Shown: positions 51,529 through 60,831 of the stretch, piece after piece | How the letters are laid out: each line of letters starts with the position of its first letter | Numbering within the stretch: the first letter of the stretch is position 1 | DNA from: an uncultured delta proteobacterium | Lineage (GTDB): Bacteria > Desulfobacterota > Binatia > HRBIN30 > BPIQ01 | Direction of reading: 5' to 3' | Length of the DNA stretch: 64,000 nt | Assembly: GCA_963761335.1 (NCBI GenBank) | Contig: CAVXGR010000024.1 | Coordinates: forward strand, 96,001 to 160,000 | Notes under the pieces: model-generated | Told to the model about the DNA's origin: nothing | Database searches by the model: none | Seen by the model: only the letters and a program-made list of their open reading frames with translations | Position numbers and translations under genes: made by a program

Positions 51529-51579
51529 TGCAGCGCTCCCTGCGCCCCGCCCGCAGTAGCCGTCCTGTTCTTCAACGGG

Positions 51580-53238
51580 CTAGGCATGCCGGCGGCGGTG
51601 GAGAGATGCCAGAAATTCGGCATCCGGGCTGAAGCCGTCGCTGCGGCTGACGACGGTATCGCGATGATAGGACTCTCGGGTCTCGGGATAGTCGATGGTG
51701 GTGTGCAGCCCACGGCTCTCCTTGCGCAAAATGGCGGAGGTGACGATGAGCTCGGCGACGGTGGCGATGTCGCGCAGCTCGACCAGGTCGCTGGTGATGA
51801 GGAAGTCCCAGTAGTACTGGCGGATCTCGTCGCGCAGCAACGAGATGCGGTTGAGCGCCCGCGCCAGACGGCGGTTGGAGCGGACGATGCCGACGTAGTT
51901 CCACATGAGGCGGCGAATCTCGTCCCAGTTCTGCGTCACCACTACCGACTCGTCGCTGTCGACGGCGCTGCCGGGGTTCCACGCCGGCAGCTCGGGTGGC
52001 GTGCTGCGGTCGCTGCGCAGCAGCTCGACGGCATGCTCGGCAGCTCGATGGGCAAATACCAGACCCTCGAGGAGCGAGTTCGACGCCAAGCGGTTGGCGC
52101 CGTGCAGGCCGGTCATTGCCACCTCGCCGGCGGCGTAGAGGCGGCGGATGGAGGTGGTGCCCTGGGTGTCGGTGACCACGCCGCCACAGCAGTAATGCGC
52201 GGCGGGAACGACCGGAATGGGCTGGCGGGTAATGTCGATGCCCCAGCCGAGGCAGCTCTCGTAAATCGTCGGGAAGCGCTGGCGCACGAAATCGGCGTCG
52301 AGATGGCTGATGTCGAGGTAGACGTTCTCGAAACCGTGGACCTTCATCTCGTTGTCGATGGCGCGCGCCACGATGTCGCGCGGCGCCAGCTCGGCGCGCT
52401 CGTCGTAGCCGCGCATGAACGGCGTGCCGTCGGGCCGGCGCAGCACGGCGCCCTCGCCGCGCAGCGCCTCGGAGATGAGGAACGACTTGGCCGCGGGGTG
52501 GAACAGGCACGTCGGATGGAACTGGATGAACTCCATGTTGCCGATCGGCACGCCGGCGCGGTAGGCCATGGCGATGCCGTCGCCGGTGGCGACGTCTGGG
52601 TTGCTGGTGTAGAGGTACACCTTGCCGGCGCCGCCGGTCGCCAGCAGGGTGGCGCGGGCCCGGTAGCGCTGCACCTTGCCGCTCTCTTTGTCGAGGACGT
52701 AGGCGCCCCAGCACGACGATGTCTTCAGACGCGGGTCGAACTTGGTGTCGACGAGCAGATCGACGGCGATGTGGTTCTCCAGGACGCGAATGGAGGCGTG
52801 CTGATGCACTGCCTCGATCAGGGCCCGCATGATCTCGCGGCCCGTGGCGTCGGTGGCGTGCAGCACGCGGCGCCGGCTGTGGCCGCCTTCGCGGCCGAGG
52901 TCGTAGTCCTGATCTTCGTGGGTGCCGGGGCGCAGAGAGAAGTGTGTGCCGAACGCAATCAGATCGCGGACGCGCGCCGGACCCTCGCGCACCACCCCGG
53001 CGACCACGTCGGGGTGACACAGCCCGGCGCCGGCCACCAGGGTATCGTGTTCATGGTCGGCGAAGCTGTCGCCGGGGCTCCACACCGAGGCGATACCGCC
53101 CTGCGCGTAGGTCGTGGCGCTCTCCGGAAGCACCGTCTTGTTCACCACCGTCACCGAGCCGTGGGCGGCGGCGCGAAGGGCGAAGAAAAGGCCGGCAATG
53201 CCGCTGCCGATGACGAGAAAATCGCACTTTTCCGGCAC
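51580..53238 (-). CDS. nadB: L-aspartate oxidase
   Basis: IGSGIAG, AQGGIA, REGGHSRRRVLHA, EFIQFHPT, LISEALRGEG, PAAHYCCGG, GLHGANRLASNSLLE. Start probably GTG 53238. Confidence 0.96.
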   Translation of the reverse strand: MPEKCDFLVIGSGIAGLFFALRAAAHGSVTVVNKTVLPESATTYAQGGIASVWSPGDSFADHEHDTLVAGAGLCHPDVVAGVVREGPARVRDLIAFGTHFSLRPGTHEDQDYDLGREGGHSRRRVLHATDATGREIMRALIEAVHQHASIRVLENHIAVDLLVDTKFDPRLKTSSCWGAYVLDKESGKVQRYRARATLLATGGAGKVYLYTSNPDVATGDGIAMAYRAGVPIGNMEFIQFHPTCLFHPAAKSFLISEALRGEGAVLRRPDGTPFMRGYDERAELAPRDIVARAIDNEMKVHGFENVYLDISHLDADFVRQRFPTIYESCLGWGIDITRQPIPVVPAAHYCCGGVVTDTQGTTSIRRLYAAGEVAMTGLHGANRLASNSLLEGLVFAHRAAEHAVELLRSDRSTPPELPAWNPGSAVDSDESVVVTQNWDEIRRLMWNYVGIVRSNRRLARALNRISLLRDEIRQYYWDFLITSDLVELRDIATVAELIVTSAILRKESRGLHTTIDYPETRESYHRDTVVSRSDGFSPDAEFLASLHRRRHA

Positions 53239-53280
53239 GCATGCGGGTATCGCACTTGCGTCTGTGTGGCGCAAGCGGAC

Positions 53281-53296
53281 TGGCCTGGCACTTGCG
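53281..53296 (+). promoter_or_regulatory. Possible sigma54 promoter for the SLT-pgsA unit
   Basis: TGGCCT-GGCAC-TTGCG (GG-N10-GC) in the divergent nadB/SLT gap. Confidence 0.35.
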
Positions 53297-53461
53297 AGGA
53301 GGACGGCGCGAATGCTTGGAAGGGCGCGTCCCGCCTGGAATTTTGTCCAGGGCGAGGCGGCGCCGATCCTCGCGGGAAATGCGATGAAAGCGCGCCCCAG
53401 ATTACCCCGGCAGAAATTTCCAATTGAATTAGGCGGTCGAGTTTTGTACGTTCGACAGCCG

Positions 53462-54055
53462 ATGCGCTGGTCAACCGCTGCAGTCGTCTGTGCCCTCTGT
53501 CTGAGTTTCGCCGCCTCCGCGCTAGCCGACGTATATGTCTACGTCGACAGGAACGGTGTTCCCACCTACACCAACGCGCCAAGCCATGCAGGCTCGCGAT
53601 TCTTTATGTCGGACTATACCTACGTTCCCTCGAGCTTTGTCCGCGCTGACCCGGCGCGCGCCCGGCGCTACGACCCGATCATCCGCGCCGCGGCGCGGCG
53701 GCACCAGGTGGATCCGGCGCTGGTGAAGGCGGTGATTCGCGCCGAGTCGGATTTCGTTCCCGTCGCCTGCTCGCCGAAGGGTGCCCAGGGGCTCATGCAG
53801 CTGATGCCGGGCACGGCGCGGCTGCACGAGGTGCGCCGCGTCTATGACCCGGCGGAGAACGTCGAGGGAGGCGTTCGCCACCTGCGCCTGTTGCTCGATC
53901 GCTACAACGGCAACATTCGCCTGGCTCTGGCCGCCTACAACGCCGGCAGCGCCGCCGTCGACCGCAACGGCGGCGTGCCGCCGTTTCCCGAGACCCAGGA
54001 GTATCTGCGGCGGGTTCTCCGCTTTCGCGATTACTACGCCCGACAGGGCGGTTGA
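53462..54055 (+). CDS. Lytic transglycosylase (SLT) with N-terminal DUF4124-like segment
   Basis: Signal peptide, ADVYVYVDRNGVPTYTNAP, VIRAESDF, GAQGLMQLMP, ALAAYNAG, ETQEY. Confidence 0.93.
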   Translation: MRWSTAAVVCALCLSFAASALADVYVYVDRNGVPTYTNAPSHAGSRFFMSDYTYVPSSFVRADPARARRYDPIIRAAARRHQVDPALVKAVIRAESDFVPVACSPKGAQGLMQLMPGTARLHEVRRVYDPAENVEGGVRHLRLLLDRYNGNIRLALAAYNAGSAAVDRNGGVPPFPETQEYLRRVLRFRDYYARQGG

Positions 54056-54066
54056 GATCGACGGGG

Positions 54067-54732
54067 ATGGCGCGGCCGGCGGGCCATCCGCGACTTCTCC
54101 TGGAGGAGCTGCGCCGTCGCTGGACGACTCCTCTGGCGGAGGCGATCACCGCCAACCTGCTGCAGAGACGCAGCGTCGCTTCCCTGCCCAACCTGCTGAC
54201 GCTCTTTCGCATCGCCCTGATCCCGGTGATCGTCCTGCTGTTGCTCCATCCGGACAGGTCGGCGGCGCTGGCGGCCACCGCGGCCTTCTTTCTCGCGTGT
54301 CTGAGCGATTTCTTCGACGGCTACCTGGCGCGCAAGCACGACATCACCACTACTCTCGGCAAGCTTCTCGATCCCCTGGCGGACAAGCTGATCGTGATGG
54401 CGGCCCTGACGATGCTGGCGGCGATGGCGCGCCAGCCGCGCGTCCCGGCCTGGCTGGTGGTGGTGGTCGTCGGGCGCGAGCTCTCGGTAACCGGCCTGCG
54501 CGCCATTGCTTCGGGGGAAGGCTTCGTTCTCGCCGCCGAAGAGCTCGGCAAGTACAAGATGATCTTCCAGATGTTCGCGGTGCACGGCTTGCTGCTACAT
54601 TACCACTGGCTCGGCGTCGACTGGCACGCCGCCGGCATGTACTTCCTGTGGATCTCTACCGTGCTCGCGGTGTGGTCGGGGATCGACTACCACATCAAGG
54701 TCTTTCGCGCCGTCGGCATCGCCCGCGCCTGA
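54067..54732 (+). CDS. pgsA: CDP-diacylglycerol--glycerol-3-phosphate 3-phosphatidyltransferase
   Basis: PNLLTLFR and the DFFDGYLAR...GKLLDPLADK CDP-alcohol phosphotransferase motif. Start uncertain. Confidence 0.92.
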   Translation: MARPAGHPRLLLEELRRRWTTPLAEAITANLLQRRSVASLPNLLTLFRIALIPVIVLLLLHPDRSAALAATAAFFLACLSDFFDGYLARKHDITTTLGKLLDPLADKLIVMAALTMLAAMARQPRVPAWLVVVVVGRELSVTGLRAIASGEGFVLAAEELGKYKMIFQMFAVHGLLLHYHWLGVDWHAAGMYFLWISTVLAVWSGIDYHIKVFRAVGIARA

Positions 54733-54748
54733 CGGCGCCGGCGACGAC

Positions 54749-55480
54749 TCAGAACTCGAAGGCGAGGACGACGTCGGTGATGGTGTTCGCCGGCGAGGTC
54801 GCGCTGCGGACCTGGCATCCGTTGATGAAGAGCCGCGCCGTCAGCTCGACGCTGCTGTCGACCTTGGTGAAGACTCCGGTGACGCTGCCGGTCGCATTCT
54901 CGAGAAAGAAGGTCGCCGGCGCGGGGGCGGGGTTGACGATGTGGGAGCCGCTGGTGTCGCCGATGGTGGAGGAGAAGAAGACCCCGGTGCTCGAAGCCGA
55001 GACGTCGAAGCGAACCTCGGGGGCCAGCGCCGTCACCGCGTCGGGCACACCGCCGGAGTTGAGGCAGAACGGCTGCGGATCCTGAGAGAATACCGGACAT
55101 CCGGCGGAGTTGCCGCTCGGGTCGTCGACGCGCACCGGCACCGTGTCGCCGCCGAAGAGCAACTGAACGTCGCTGAGTGAGTCGGCGCTCGCCGGCTGAA
55201 AGATCCCTTCGACCGGTCCGAGGGCGTTCTCGAGATAGAAGCGATACGGGGCCGTGAACTCCAGCGGGTTGGGCGCCGAGCAGTTCACCGGCGGCGCAAA
55301 GGTGTGCGCGGCGTTCTCGGCCCGCAGCTCGACGACCTGAAAGGTGCGGTCCGTCAACCCGGGGTTGACGTCGAAGCGCGCCTCGCGCGGCGAGACGGGG
55401 GCGGCGCCGCGACTGCCACAGGAGGACAGCGTGATCGCAAAGACGACGGCGGCGAGAGCGGCAACCAGGCGAAGGCGCAT
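54749..55480 (-). CDS. Hypothetical lipoprotein
   Basis: Signal with lipobox LSSC; beta-rich, with an internal repeat (FYLENALGPVEGIF / FFLENATGSVTGVF). Confidence 0.75.
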   Translation of the reverse strand: MRLRLVAALAAVVFAITLSSCGSRGAAPVSPREARFDVNPGLTDRTFQVVELRAENAAHTFAPPVNCSAPNPLEFTAPYRFYLENALGPVEGIFQPASADSLSDVQLLFGGDTVPVRVDDPSGNSAGCPVFSQDPQPFCLNSGGVPDAVTALAPEVRFDVSASSTGVFFSSTIGDTSGSHIVNPAPAPATFFLENATGSVTGVFTKVDSSVELTARLFINGCQVRSATSPANTITDVVLAFEF

Positions 55481-55599
55481 GAGGAGTTCGAGCGCTCGGT
55501 TGTGTCAGGTCTGCGGCGAAGGGTCAAGCCGCGGGCTCCCGGGGTGCGGGCTCCCGGGGAGAAGCGGCGCCGGCGCAGATCGTGTATGGTCGTAGCGTT

Positions 55600-55968
55600 G
55601 TGACCCGCGCCGAGTTCGAGAAGGTCGTCGCCGAGGCCCTCGACGAGCTGCCGCCGCTGTACGGTGAGAAGCTCGAGAACGTCGCCGTGGTCGTCGAGGA
55701 CGAGGCCGGCGACGAGCTCATGCGCGAGCTCGGCCTGCGCCCGCGGCGGGACACCCTCTTCGGCGTGTATCAGGGCGTCCCCCTCGACGAGCGCGGCTTC
55801 GCCTTCGGCAACGTGCTGCCCGACAGGATCACCTTGTTCTACCTGCCGCTCAGGCGGGCCGGACGCACCCCGGACGGCATCCGCCGGGAGATCCGCCTCA
55901 CCCTGATCCACGAGATCGGCCATCACTTCGGGCTCGACGATCCGACCATGCGGAAAGATGGCTATTGA
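55600..55968 (+). CDS. Zincin_1-type minimal metallopeptidase
   Basis: EALDELP..LENVAVVVED, LFGVYQGVPL, PDRITLF, HEIGHHFG. Confidence 0.9.
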   Translation: MTRAEFEKVVAEALDELPPLYGEKLENVAVVVEDEAGDELMRELGLRPRRDTLFGVYQGVPLDERGFAFGNVLPDRITLFYLPLRRAGRTPDGIRREIRLTLIHEIGHHFGLDDPTMRKDGY

Positions 55969-56062
55969 GCCGGCGCGGTGGCATTGCGCCGCGGTTTCGC
56001 AGTAGGCTGACGCCCTCGGGGTGCGGCGAGCGGGGCGGCCCGGGACGGAGGCGAGACGACCG

Positions 56063-56332
56063 ATGACGCAGCAGCGCAGCGACGACGAACGGGTGCTCAA
56101 GATGATCGAGCGGGTCCGCCTGCTGATTGCCATCGACGACGAGATCCCCACCAACACCAAGCTCGAGACCCAGCCGCTGTTGAAGATGCTGGAGGCGGCG
56201 GTGGCCGGCGGCGAGCCCGCGGACCGACCGCAGGCGTCCGGCTACTACAGTCTGCTGTACTCCGAGCTCTCCGCGTATCCGGATATCGAGGCCCTGCTCT
56301 CGGCGATGCGCGTCTTTCTTCCCTATCTCTGA
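56063..56332 (+). CDS. Hypothetical protein (89 aa)
   Basis: GGAGG upstream; the stop overlaps the next start (TGATG); GC-biased third codon positions. Confidence 0.7.
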   Translation: MTQQRSDDERVLKMIERVRLLIAIDDEIPTNTKLETQPLLKMLEAAVAGGEPADRPQASGYYSLLYSELSAYPDIEALLSAMRVFLPYL

Positions 56333-56985
56333 TGCAGCGCACCGTGGCCGGATATCCGGTTCGCCCTCTGGCGATCGACCTCGGGGGCACGGCGCTCGAG
56401 CTGCTGGTGGTCGCCCGGCTCGAGGACTATGTCGACGGGGCGGAGCTGCTGCGCCGGGACGATCTACCCGAGCCGCCGTACTGGATGCACGTCTGGCCCG
56501 GCAGCCGCGCCTTGGCGCGCCGGGTCGCGACAACCGCGGCGTGGCGAGGGAAGCGGGTCATCGATCTCGGCTGCGGCATCGGTCTGGCGGGGCTTGTGGC
56601 GGCGCGCCGGGGTGCCGCAGTCACCTTGCTCGACCGCGATCGTCAGGCGCTGCGCTTCGCCCGTCACAACGCCCGGGCGAACCGCTGTCGGGTGGCGGCG
56701 CTGCAGAGCGATCTGCGGCGGCCCGCTCTGCGCGGGTACTTCGATGCCTGTCTGGTTGCCGACAGCACCTACGACCCATCGCTTCAAGAGGCCGTCGCCG
56801 CCTTCCTGGCGTCGCACCTTGCCGCCGACGGCTTCGCGTGGTGCGCCGAGTCCGTCCGCAGCATCGACGCGGGACTGCGGCGGGCCTGTGCCCGCCGGGG
56901 GCTCGAGACGCAGGAGTGGGAGGTGCGCGAGCTGGAGGAGGGCAGGGAGATCCCCGTCCGCGTCACGGAGGTTCGCCGTCGATGA
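56332..56985 (+). CDS. Class I methyltransferase (Methyltransf_16 / protein-lysine MTase-like)
   Basis: PYWMHVWPGSRALA, VIDLGCGIGLAG, ADSTYD. Confidence 0.85.
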   Translation: MQRTVAGYPVRPLAIDLGGTALELLVVARLEDYVDGAELLRRDDLPEPPYWMHVWPGSRALARRVATTAAWRGKRVIDLGCGIGLAGLVAARRGAAVTLLDRDRQALRFARHNARANRCRVAALQSDLRRPALRGYFDACLVADSTYDPSLQEAVAAFLASHLAADGFAWCAESVRSIDAGLRRACARRGLETQEWEVRELEEGREIPVRVTEVRRR

Positions 56986-57716
56986 GATATGCAGTGTTCG
57001 ACATCGAGACGCGCATCGACAAGACCCTGGTGCGCAACACCTTCTTCCGCGGCGAGCCCATCGACGACGATACCGCCCACGCGCGCATGCGACAGCGTCT
57101 CCTGGAAGAGCAGGGCGGCCGCGGCGACTTCTTCCCGCTTTCCTGCCACGTGCCGGTCTCTGTCGCCGTCGGCGAGGTCGATGACGACCTGGTGCTCACC
57201 GGCGTCGAGACACTGGCGGCGGAGCCCTACAGCGAGGAGCTGCTGGCGCGCATCTTCTGGGAGCGGCTCGAGCGTTTCAAGGGCTGCCTGGTTTCCTTCA
57301 ACGGCCGCAACTTCGATCTGCCGGTGATGGAGCTCGCCGCGCTGCGCTACGGCTGCGCCGCGCCAACTTACTTCAACGAGCCGCGCGGGCATCGCAACCG
57401 CTACGGCTCGGCGCACTACGACCTGTACGATTTCCTGAGCAACTACGGCGCCTATCGGCTGCGCGGCGGATTCCACCTACTGGCGCAGCTCGCCGGGCTG
57501 CCGGGGAAGGGAAGCACCGACGGCTCGATGGTGCAGGAGATGTGGGAAGCGGGCAAACTGGAAGCCATTCACCGCTATTGCCGCGACGACGTTATCCAGA
57601 CGTATTTCCTGCTCCTGCGTGTCGAGCGCATGCGCGGGCGGATCACCGCGACGCAATACGACAGCGCCTTCGCGGCGACCGCGCCATTCCGGTCGGAGAT
57701 CGGCTGGAGCTCCTGA
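56982..57716 (+). CDS. PolB-related stand-alone 3'-5' exonuclease (DEDDy)
   Basis: ExoI FDIET, ExoII SFNGRNFDLPV, ExoIII YCRDDV; ATGA overlap with the upstream gene. Confidence 0.9.
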   Translation: MRYAVFDIETRIDKTLVRNTFFRGEPIDDDTAHARMRQRLLEEQGGRGDFFPLSCHVPVSVAVGEVDDDLVLTGVETLAAEPYSEELLARIFWERLERFKGCLVSFNGRNFDLPVMELAALRYGCAAPTYFNEPRGHRNRYGSAHYDLYDFLSNYGAYRLRGGFHLLAQLAGLPGKGSTDGSMVQEMWEAGKLEAIHRYCRDDVIQTYFLLLRVERMRGRITATQYDSAFAATAPFRSEIGWSS

Positions 57717-57722
57717 GCCGGC

Positions 57723-58166
57723 TCACTTCTCCTGGATGGAGCGCAGGTACTCGGTGATCAGCAGCAGCTTGCCTTTGACTTCCACCTGGCCATCGAGGGG
57801 GACACCGGCTTCCTCGCGGAACAGCTGGCCCCACACCGGCATGTCCGGGTCCCCGTGGGCACGCACGGTCTTGCTGCCGTCAATGGTCTCCATCACTTGC
57901 ACGAAAGGGAACTGTCCACCCGACTTCTTCGCCAGCTGAGTCAGATCGGTCGGCTTGGGACGCATGAGGCCCGAGACCACGCCGTCGCCCTTGCCACTCT
58001 CGCCGTGGCAGGCGCTACAGTATTTCAGGTAGAGCCCCTTTCCCGGGTCGTGCGCCGAGCCCTCGGGCGTGGCCGCTCGCCCGGGCGTCGGAAAGATCAA
58101 CAAGCAGCCCGCGGCGCCCACCGCCGTGGCTACAGCCCACCTTGCCCACTGTCGTTTCCGCTCCAT
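57723..58166 (-). CDS. Monoheme cytochrome c
   Basis: Signal peptide, CSACHG..GKGDG, MPVWG axial Met; GGAGGG RBS. Confidence 0.9.
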   Translation of the reverse strand: MERKRQWARWAVATAVGAAGCLLIFPTPGRAATPEGSAHDPGKGLYLKYCSACHGESGKGDGVVSGLMRPKPTDLTQLAKKSGGQFPFVQVMETIDGSKTVRAHGDPDMPVWGQLFREEAGVPLDGQVEVKGKLLLITEYLRSIQEK

Positions 58167-58284
58167 CGATCCCTCCTTCCTCGACGTCGCCCTCGCGGCA
58201 TTGCCTGCAGCAGCGCTCTCATATGCCACGGCTGCGGTGAACGTCAAGGAAAAGAGGGGTAGCGGAGACAGTGCCGCGGCCGGC

Positions 58285-58707
58285 TCAGGCCGCGTCCTCT
58301 TCGGCGAGCTCGGAGCCCTGAGGCGGCGCTTGGGGCAATCTCTGCCGCTGCGTGCGCCGTTCGCTCTCCTCTCGCCGGCGGCGCTCCTGCCAGAGACGCA
58401 GGCCCCGGCGCAGGCAAACCGGATCGAGGCCGAGGGTCTCGCAGATGTGCTCGAAGGAGAAGGTCTCCTTCTGTTTGCTCATCATCCACTCCTCGGCTTC
58501 TCGAAAGAGCCGCTGGCCGTAGTTGTTCTTGGCGAAGAGATTCTTCTGATAACAGTAGATTGCGTCGTGCAGGACGGCAGCCATCAGCTGGCACTCACCG
58601 CGCTTGCCGATCGACTGGCGCCGAAAGGTATCGAAGTACTGGTCCGGAAGAATCACGTCCGGCTGCAGCAGGTTGCGATTGTCGGTCTGACTCTCGTGCA
58701 TCTGCAT
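58285..58707 (-). CDS. Conserved hypothetical protein (LLQPDVILPDQYF...LMAAVLHDA...FSFEHICETLGLDP)
   Basis: The 3' part of the 198-aa ORF looks like a compact helical protein; likely ATG at 58707 or 58701. Confidence 0.7.
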   Translation of the reverse strand: MQMHESQTDNRNLLQPDVILPDQYFDTFRRQSIGKRGECQLMAAVLHDAIYCYQKNLFAKNNYGQRLFREAEEWMMSKQKETFSFEHICETLGLDPVCLRRGLRLWQERRRREESERRTQRQRLPQAPPQGSELAEEDAA

Positions 58708-58724
58708 CTCGCTGACCCCCGAGC

Positions 58725-58988
58725 TCACAGGTAAAGAAGAAACAGGCGCGCGAAGCCCTGATGCCGGAAGGCTGGCGGCGCCTCCTTCCAGAAGAGCGCC
58801 TGCCGAAATGCCGGGTGATTGCAGACACAGCGATGGCAGCTCGGACACAGCTTCGAGCGATCGCCGCCGTCGTGATCGCACCAGCGGGCGGAAAACAAAT
58901 CGAACTTGCCGTTACAGTTGGGACAAACGACTTGGTGGGCTCGCACGGGTGGCACCCGCAGCAAAGCCCATACCCTTTCGCCGATCAT
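58725..58988 (-). CDS. Small Cys/His-rich zinc-binding protein
   Basis: CPNC...WCDH...CPSCHRCVC pattern; start uncertain. Confidence 0.65.
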   Translation of the reverse strand: MIGERVWALLRVPPVRAHQVVCPNCNGKFDLFSARWCDHDGGDRSKLCPSCHRCVCNHPAFRQALFWKEAPPAFRHQGFARLFLLYL

Positions 58989-59152
58989 CAGGTCCCCGAG
59001 GGTTTCGATGATATGCGCGTGCTCAGTTCGAGTCCGCCGCTGTATAAATAGGCGCGATCTGTAAAAGCTGCGGGCGCGGGAGTCGCCGGATGGTCATGGC
59101 CGGGGCACGCCGCCGCCGCCGGCCCCGGCGCCTCTCGGAGGGGTCGCCCCCC

Positions 59153-59437
59153 TCAGAGAGGCTCGAGGACGAGCACCTGCTCCGGCTGGTGGAGCAGCGG
59201 CTCGATGCGAGCCCGGATCCTCCGGCGGTCCTCGGACACCGCCCAGCTCTCCCAGTGCTCGCGCGAGAGCCAGGTGGAGAAGACGACGTAGCGGTGCGGG
59301 TCCGAGACGTCGCGCCAGGTTTCTCCGGAGACATAGCCCGGAGTGGGAATCGCCTGCCGGAACATGTCGCGCATGACCTGGTGGAACTCGGTCGTGGTGC
59401 CCGGCCGCAGCCGCCGTTCGATGAGAACCCGGATCAC
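59153..59437 (-). CDS. Antibiotic biosynthesis monooxygenase (ABM)-family protein
   Basis: PGYVSGET, YVVFSTWLSREHWESW; GAGG RBS. Confidence 0.85.
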   Translation of the reverse strand: MIRVLIERRLRPGTTTEFHQVMRDMFRQAIPTPGYVSGETWRDVSDPHRYVVFSTWLSREHWESWAVSEDRRRIRARIEPLLHQPEQVLVLEPL

Positions 59438-59492
59438 CGCATTCCTCTCGACTCAGCGGGCGCCTTCCGCGACCCGGTGCCCGCGGTCGCGC

Positions 59493-59675
59493 TCACGAGG
59501 CAATTTTTCGCAGGCGCTCGAGCAGGCCGCCCAGGCGCTCCTCCCTTTCCTTGAGGTTTTCGCGGTAGTCATGGCTGTCGGTATGTCGCACTTCCTCGCG
59601 CAGGTCGGTGAACTCCGCCTCGAGGATCTCGATCAACATCTGCGCCTCTTCCCTGCTCATCTCCACGGCCGGCAT
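59493..59675 (-). CDS. Small coiled-coil hypothetical protein (60 aa)
   Basis: GGAGGG RBS; DLREEVRHTD...YRENLKERE..L..LLERL. Confidence 0.75.
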   Translation of the reverse strand: MPAVEMSREEAQMLIEILEAEFTDLREEVRHTDSHDYRENLKEREERLGGLLERLRKIAS

Positions 59676-59779
59676 AATTCCGGATCCCTCCCTTCTTCAG
59701 CAGCTCGGTTTCGGGGAACTCGTCTGCCCCATTCTTACAGCGTCCCCGCACCGTGCTTCAACTTCGAGCCGTGGGATTT

Positions 59780-60031
59780 TCAGCAGTCGGCATGGCTGGA
59801 GGAGGGGTCCGGGATCGGGCAGCGAAAGTATCCGCAGTAGTTGCCCTGTGCATCCCAGTAGCGCCCCTGCGCATCGACGCGGCCGCAGCGGCGGCCGGCC
59901 AGATCGCGCATGGTCCCGTCCTCCTCCAGGCGGGCACTCTGGGTGCCATCACTGAGAAAATAGCGCCCCACCTCGTCGATGTAGCCGAGGTAGCTGCCGT
60001 GAACGTTGAAATGGTATCGTCGCAAGACCAT
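59780..60031 (-). CDS. Small beta-hairpin-repeat hypothetical protein (83 aa), paralog of 33055-33351
   Basis: GGGAGG RBS and ATG 60031. RYHFNVHGSYLGYIDEVG...DAQGRYWDAQGNYCGY. Confidence 0.72.
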   Translation of the reverse strand: MVLRRYHFNVHGSYLGYIDEVGRYFLSDGTQSARLEEDGTMRDLAGRRCGRVDAQGRYWDAQGNYCGYFRCPIPDPSSSHADC

Positions 60032-60111
60032 CGGGGGCCTCCCTCTCCCGGGGCGCGTCCATTGTCGCCGACGCTCGACGCACGGTCGGCGTCCCGGCCC
60101 TTCGCGGGCCG

Positions 60112-60342
60112 TCACTGAGCGACGGCTGCGGCCTTGCGTCTCGCTCCACTGCGACTGCTCTTGGAGCGGTGCACGCTTTTGCCGCCGGCGCCCTCGAGCT
60201 CCTTGCGGACTTGGTGGGCGTACTTCTCCACTTGACCAGCCGCCATGGCGGCGCGCTCGCGCAGATCGGCGCGAATGCGCTTGGCCACCACCTCGACTTC
60301 CTTGATGAGCCCGGCGACCTGATCCCCTGACTTCTTTGCCAT
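60112..60342 (-). CDS. Small helical protein with basic C-terminal tail (76 aa)
   Basis: GGGAGG RBS; MAKKSGDQVAGLIKEVE...RSKSSRSGARRKAAA. Confidence 0.65.
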   Translation of the reverse strand: MAKKSGDQVAGLIKEVEVVAKRIRADLRERAAMAAGQVEKYAHQVRKELEGAGGKSVHRSKSSRSGARRKAAAVAQ

Positions 60343-60395
60343 GGTGCACCTCCCTCGACTGGTATGTGGTGGCGAATGTGAGTCCATGAGAGAGC

Positions 60396-60596
60396 TCAGG
60401 ATCCTTCCAGGTGGCGGTGCTGGAGTGTGCGGCAATGGGGACAGGCGACCATGATGCTCTTCGACCTCGTCCCCGGGACGTAGCGCAGCAGGGGCCAGTC
60501 GCACGCCAAGCAGCGCAGCTCTCCGAGTGCGGTGGTGACCTGCTGCTCGACTCCCTTGCCGCTGTCCTCGGCCAGCTTTTGCCCGCGGCTCGCCAT
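60396..60596 (-). CDS. Small zinc-ribbon protein (Mu Com-like spacing)
   Basis: ELRCLACDWPLLRY...ACPHCRTL; GGGAGAGG RBS. Confidence 0.65.
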   Translation of the reverse strand: MASRGQKLAEDSGKGVEQQVTTALGELRCLACDWPLLRYVPGTRSKSIMVACPHCRTLQHRHLEGS

Positions 60597-60606
60597 GACC
60601 TCTCCC

Positions 60607-60831
60607 TCACGCCCGATGGTGCATCTGCGCCGGGCTTGCCGACTCGGACGGCACGCCCAGGCGGCGCAGCAACGCCATCATCGGACACCATTGGGTGAAT
60701 CCCGACTGCAGCAGGTTCAACCCCACGAAGGCGGTGAACAGCAGCCAGTACGGGCTGAACAAGTACGCGAGGCACAGGCTGAGAAGAATGAAGAAGCCCG
60801 CGATCAGCCGAAGATAACGCTCTACGTTCAT
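60607..60831 (-). CDS. DUF2892 (YgaP-like) membrane protein
   Basis: MNVERYLRLIAG...FVGLNLLQSGFTQWCPM..LLRRLG. Confidence 0.88.
   Translation of the reverse strand: MNVERYLRLIAGFFILLSLCLAYLFSPYWLLFTAFVGLNLLQSGFTQWCPMMALLRRLGVPSESASPAQMHHRA

Noticed and set aside
55531..55560. Tandem GCGGGCTCCCGGGG x2, and CCTGTCC x3 at ~32773-32807
   Set aside because: Too short and GC-rich to support a function; may be operator sites or repeat debris but cannot be supported.
59130..59161. Hairpin at the end of the ABM gene as an intrinsic terminator
   Set aside because: No U-tract on either strand.
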